DNA from: the human T2T-CHM13v2.0 reference genome, Homo sapiens
Assembly: GCF_009914755.1 (NCBI RefSeq)
Contig: NC_060932.1
Reading direction: 5' to 3' (one strand)
DNA: 64,000 nucleotides
Below the pieces are notes generated by a model. The model made no database searches, had not been told where the DNA came from, and worked only from the letters and a program-made list of their open reading frames with translations. The position numbers were made by a program, and so were the translations under genes. Positions 51,905 to 64,000 of the stretch are shown here, piece by piece. The first letter of the stretch is position 1; the number at the start of each line of letters is the position of its first letter.

Positions 51905-53210
51905 CTGTGACCCCTCCAGTTTCAGTAATTCCCTAACATGATGGACAGAGCTGACTGAAGGTGCTATACTTCCTATAAAGGATGCACACAGGATGAGGTC
52001 TGGGAGGGAGTACAGAGCTTCTGTGCCCTCTCCTGTCACATGACTGATCATCAACCAGGTGTCATCAACCTTGGTGTCCAGGGTTTTTACTGATTTTTGT
52101 TCTCAGGCTATGTGATTGAACTCTATCTCCAGCCACCCTCCCCTCCCAGGGATGAGGCTGACCCAAAGCTGCAACCCTCTATTCACAAAGCAGTTCTTTC
52201 TGGTGACCAGCCCCGATCCTGAAGCCATCTAAGGCCGCGAGTCACCTCATTAGCATAACAAGCGCATTCCTGTCGCTGTCACTCAGGAAATTCCAAGAGT
52301 TTTTTTGAAGCTGTGTGCCAGAGACCCAGAACAAAGATGTATTCTTTATTACACCACACTCCTCAACTGCTCCACTTGGAAGCATCTCAAATTTAACCTG
52401 TCCCAAGCCAATCTTCTAATATTTCACCTGTCCCTGCTCCTCTGGTCCTCTTCATCTTGGTAGAGAGTAACAGTCTCATTCTTGCCAAGTGCTGAGGCCG
52501 ACTTCAAAGTCATTCTTGGCTCTCCTTTCTCCCATACCTCCCAACCAATATGTCAGCAAATCCTGTCAGCCCCACCTTTAATTATACAGAGAATCCAACC
52601 ACTTCTGGGTATTTCACATAAATGCAGTCATGCAATACGTGGTCTTTGGTACCTGGCTTCTTTCACTTAGCATAATGCTTTCAAGGTGTATGTATCCTGC
52701 TGTAGCATATATCTGACTGCATTCTTTTTTATGCCTGAATTGGAGTCCATTATATGAATACACAACCTTTTGTTCATACATTCATTTGTTAATGGATATT
52801 TAGATTATTTCTACTTTTTAGCCATTTTTAATAATGCTGCTATGTACAGGTTTTTGTGTAGACATATGTTTTAAATTCTCTTGGGTATATAGCTATGAGT
52901 TAAACTGGATGATTTGGTAACTCTTATGTTTAGCATTTTGAGGCATGACCAAACTATTTTCCGAAGCGCAGCTGCACCGTTTTTCATTTTCACAATGGTA
53001 TATCAGGAGATAAATGTTCTTACAGCCACATCCCACCCCCCGCCCCTCCCGCCGCCAAAAAAAAAAAGCAGAGAAGGGTCCAACTGGGAAAATATATATA
53101 TAATTCAAGGAAAAGAAAAAAAAGGTCTTTGGCCGGGTGCGGTGGCTCAAGTCTGTAATTCTGGCACTTTGGGAGGCTGAGGCAGGTGGATCATTTGAGG
53201 TCAGGAGTTA

Positions 53211-55260
<2,050 letters not shown>

Positions 55261-55559
55261 TTCTAATAAAATCTTTCTCTTCTTTTAGGGGTGTGTGTGT
55301 GTGTGTCAGCATGTGTATGCTATATCTAGAACTAATATTTCCCTAAAGGTAGTAATTGATGGGATTTGGAGTGATTTTTTTCATCTTCAAACTTCTTTAT
55401 ATAAACTACATTATTTAAATTATTATGAAGACTTATTGTTTGTACACATATAAAGAATATGCTTAACAGGGTTAATACTAGATAATGGTATAATTAATGA
55501 TTGTTATTTTATTTGGGATGCTTTTTTGTAATTTTAAACCCATCCCCATAATATTTTTT

Positions 55560-60015
<4,456 letters not shown>

Positions 60016-61272
60016 AGTCCAAGGCTCACTGGGACATAGACAGGCAGGGAATCTTCAGTGCTCACACCTCTAATTTTCTCACCTAGAGATGTGCCTGGGC
60101 ACAGACATTCTACAGCAGAAAGAGCTCCAGGAGAAGGATTCCACCCCGTGCTGTTTTGCAGGTTTATAGGGGAGTTGGAAAGTTGCAGGGAATGTTGAGT
60201 CAGTTAGGCAACAGTGGGAACCTCTTTGGGGAGAAGAAGCTGAGCTGAGGAGCCTCCAGAGCTGAGCTCTTAGTATCAGCCAGAGGCTGCTGGTTCTTCT
60301 GTTGAGCTAATTCAGACCTGCTCAGCTAGCTTCTTGATAAATTACTGTAGGGGTGCAGAGGGGGAGGAAAAGGAAGCCCCAGGCCCATTCCAGTTTGCCT
60401 CTTTTTATATTACAAAGATTGTAATTAAGAAAATAAGATTCTCTGCCCACCCACACCCACTAAGCCCCACACCCCAAGGCCAGACACTTGCAACTCTTTT
60501 ACCTATTCATTTCAGGATTATACTTCCATATTCTTTTACAATTATTTCTTGACTCACCCCATCCCTACTTCTTTTTTGTTGTTGTTACTTTACCTATGGA
60601 TTTTCTATTATACAGGAGGAAGCTTCAGCCTTCCTAAGCCTTCTCCTCCCACATTCTTCTAGTCGTTATATCGCAGTTAATGTTATTATTCAGTACTCAT
60701 TCATTAATTCATCAGTATTTTTTGAGAGCATACTATGTGTCAGGCACTACTGTAGGTGCTGGAGATTCATTAGTAATCCAAATAAAGTCCCAGTGTTGAT
60801 GGAGTTTATAACAATTAGTTAAATTATGTTCACTGTTGAGCCAATTAATATGCTATGACGACATTTTTTTTCTTGAGTTACTTTCTGTTTTTCCTGAAGT
60901 TAATGATTGCTTTTTGTTTGTTCGTTTGCTCAGGTTTGTATGTACCCAAATCATTCTTCCTTCATTCTTCAACAGAACTTCTCTTTCTTATTCCCCATCT
61001 GGTCAAAGGCACCAAGCAACCTATCAATTCTTCCCCTCCTCCTCCTTTTCTTTTTTCTCCACTTTAAAAAATTTGCATCCATGTAGGTTTTAGTTATTTC
61101 TTTGTTTTACTGTGGTTGGTTTTCATTCTTTGACCTAGACACTCATTGATTTATTTCAATTTAGATACTCAGTGATTTACTTCCCTTCAGTACTAGGAAA
61201 TTTACTAGTTAAAAAAAAAACACCCAAAACAACTTCCTTTTCTCTATTTACAATAACATTCCTATTGATAAG

Positions 61273-61655
<383 letters not shown>

Positions 61656-62414
61656 CTATACTTTCTGGGGGATTTCCTAGACTTACTCTCCCTAATGTTT
61701 TATTGAGTTTTTTATGTAGATAGTCATATTTTAAATTTCTAAAAGTTATTTTCTATCATCTGCTCTCTGTTGCTCCTTGTTTTGTATTATCCTGCTCTCA
61801 TTCCATGGAGATCACTCTGACGATATTGATAATAGTTTTTATACTTCCTCTTCTTTCTTTTTTTTCTTTTTTGTTTTTTTGAGACAGAGTCTCACTCCCT
61901 CGCCCAGGCTGGAGTGCAGTGGCTTGATCTCTGCTCACTGCAAGCTCTGCCTCACAGGTTCAAACAATTTTCTTGCCTCAGCCTCCTGAGTAGCTGGGAT
62001 TACAGGCCTGTGCAACCATGCCTGGCTAATTTTTGTATTTTTAGTAGAGACAGGGTTTCACCATGTTGGCCAGGCTGGTCTCCAACTCCTGACCTCAAGT
62101 GATTTGCTCACCTCGGCATCCTGAAGTGCTGGGATTACAGGCCTGAGCCACCGTGCCAGACTTGTTTCCTCTTCCTCTAATGAAAGATGTCTAATAACTT
62201 TTCCAATATCTTCTATGATAATGGACCATTCAGATTTTCCATTTTCTTTTGGGTCATTTCTGGTAATTTACATGCTACTGGAAGTTACCCATTTCCTCTA
62301 GATCTTCATATTTGCTGCCACATAATTTTGTGAAGTTAACATTTATATCTTTAATCTCTCCTGTATTCACGGTTATATCTTTCTTATTCTTTTTATTTTT
62401 ACTTTCCCTCTTTT

Positions 62415-63362
<948 letters not shown>

Positions 63363-64000
63363 TTACTTTCTCTCTTTTTTGCTTGATCAGTTTTCAATTT
63401 CACTTTTTATTGTTATTTTCATTTTCTCTTCTTCAATTTCTTTTTTTTTCTTATTAAGCTAAATACGTAGCTCCTTATGTACTTAATCAAGAGACTTTTT
63501 GTGGAGCGGGGGATTAGGTTTAGGGTGTATTAGTATATGAATATGAAATATCAGTATATTAATAGAAAAAATATCAGTAAGCTGAGAAAATTCATTAGGT
63601 CTAATTAGCCAAACGTACAATGTTCAGTAGTCACTTCATATTCTTCTCTGCTTGTTTATATGTGTGCAGAAAAGGCTGAGAGGTGGACTGAGTAGAAGCT
63701 CAGGGGTAGTTTGGCAGCCGTAGGAAGAGATGGCAATGGATGTTTATTAGGGAAATGAGAAAAAATGAAAGCGGGAACTTCAACATCCTCATGGGTTGAG
63801 GCTTTTTGGGAACTTCCGGGAGACGAAAGTGTTCAAAGAGGGCTACTTGGGAGTTAGAAACAATTAAGTAATGGCAATTTAAGTCTGAATGGGAGGAGAA
63901 CATTCCGCTCACACACACAATTAGTCTTACTATTATTCACTGATAATTTAAGAATAATCCTGGGAATTATTTTAATAGGAAATGTCCAAATGTTTTTCCC

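Larger units (their letters stand above)
50772..52358 (-). mobile_element. MER21-family LTR interrupted by MER41A and LTR2
   Basis: cacctcattagcataaca...cactcaggaaattccaagag...tttattacaccaca is the antisense MER21 start; ctcc flanks both ends. Confidence 0.75.
49200..52605 (+). mobile_element. L2 remnant hosting the composite insert and the LTR nest
   Basis: L2 motifs cagcaacattggacacagtt, tatactcactccttag|..|catccagtc, gcatctcaaatttaacctgtcc and tcagcaaatcctgtcagc are collinear across the insertions. Confidence 0.65.

Noticed and set aside
63640-63920. Possible promoter at the window end (ACTTCCGG ETS site, a few CpGs)
   Set aside because: No CpG island and only a single motif; cannot be judged at the window edge

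Overview
Primate, most likely human, genomic DNA; a near-consensus AluYa5-type insertion points to human. It is intergenic or deep-intronic, and I could not support any intact protein-coding exon. About 65 Alu copies (my count by eye, about 1 per kb) sit on a background of old L1M/L2/MIR, MaLR/ERV LTRs and DNA transposons, so most entries in the ORF track are Alu or repeat artefacts. Two processed pseudogenes are recognisable: RPL17 (+, ~29.6-30.2 kb) and a full-length MYL9 retrocopy (-, ~56.45-57.65 kb). The most notable structures are: (i) a 680-bp composite insert (Alu fragment + L1 fragment + MER58 fragment + AATAAA + (AC)23) with a perfect 15-bp target-site duplication inside an L2, resembling an orphan transduction or retrocopied non-coding RNA; (ii) a ~49-unit 25-bp minisatellite that may derive from an Alu 3' end, is split by a THE1 solo LTR, and repeats a MEIS/TGIF + E-box motif in nearly every unit; (iii) a nest of MER41A and LTR2 inside MER21 inside L2. 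Repeat subfamily names come from recalled consensus sequences, not a search, and boundaries of old repeats are approximate. Only a selection of the Alus is listed.
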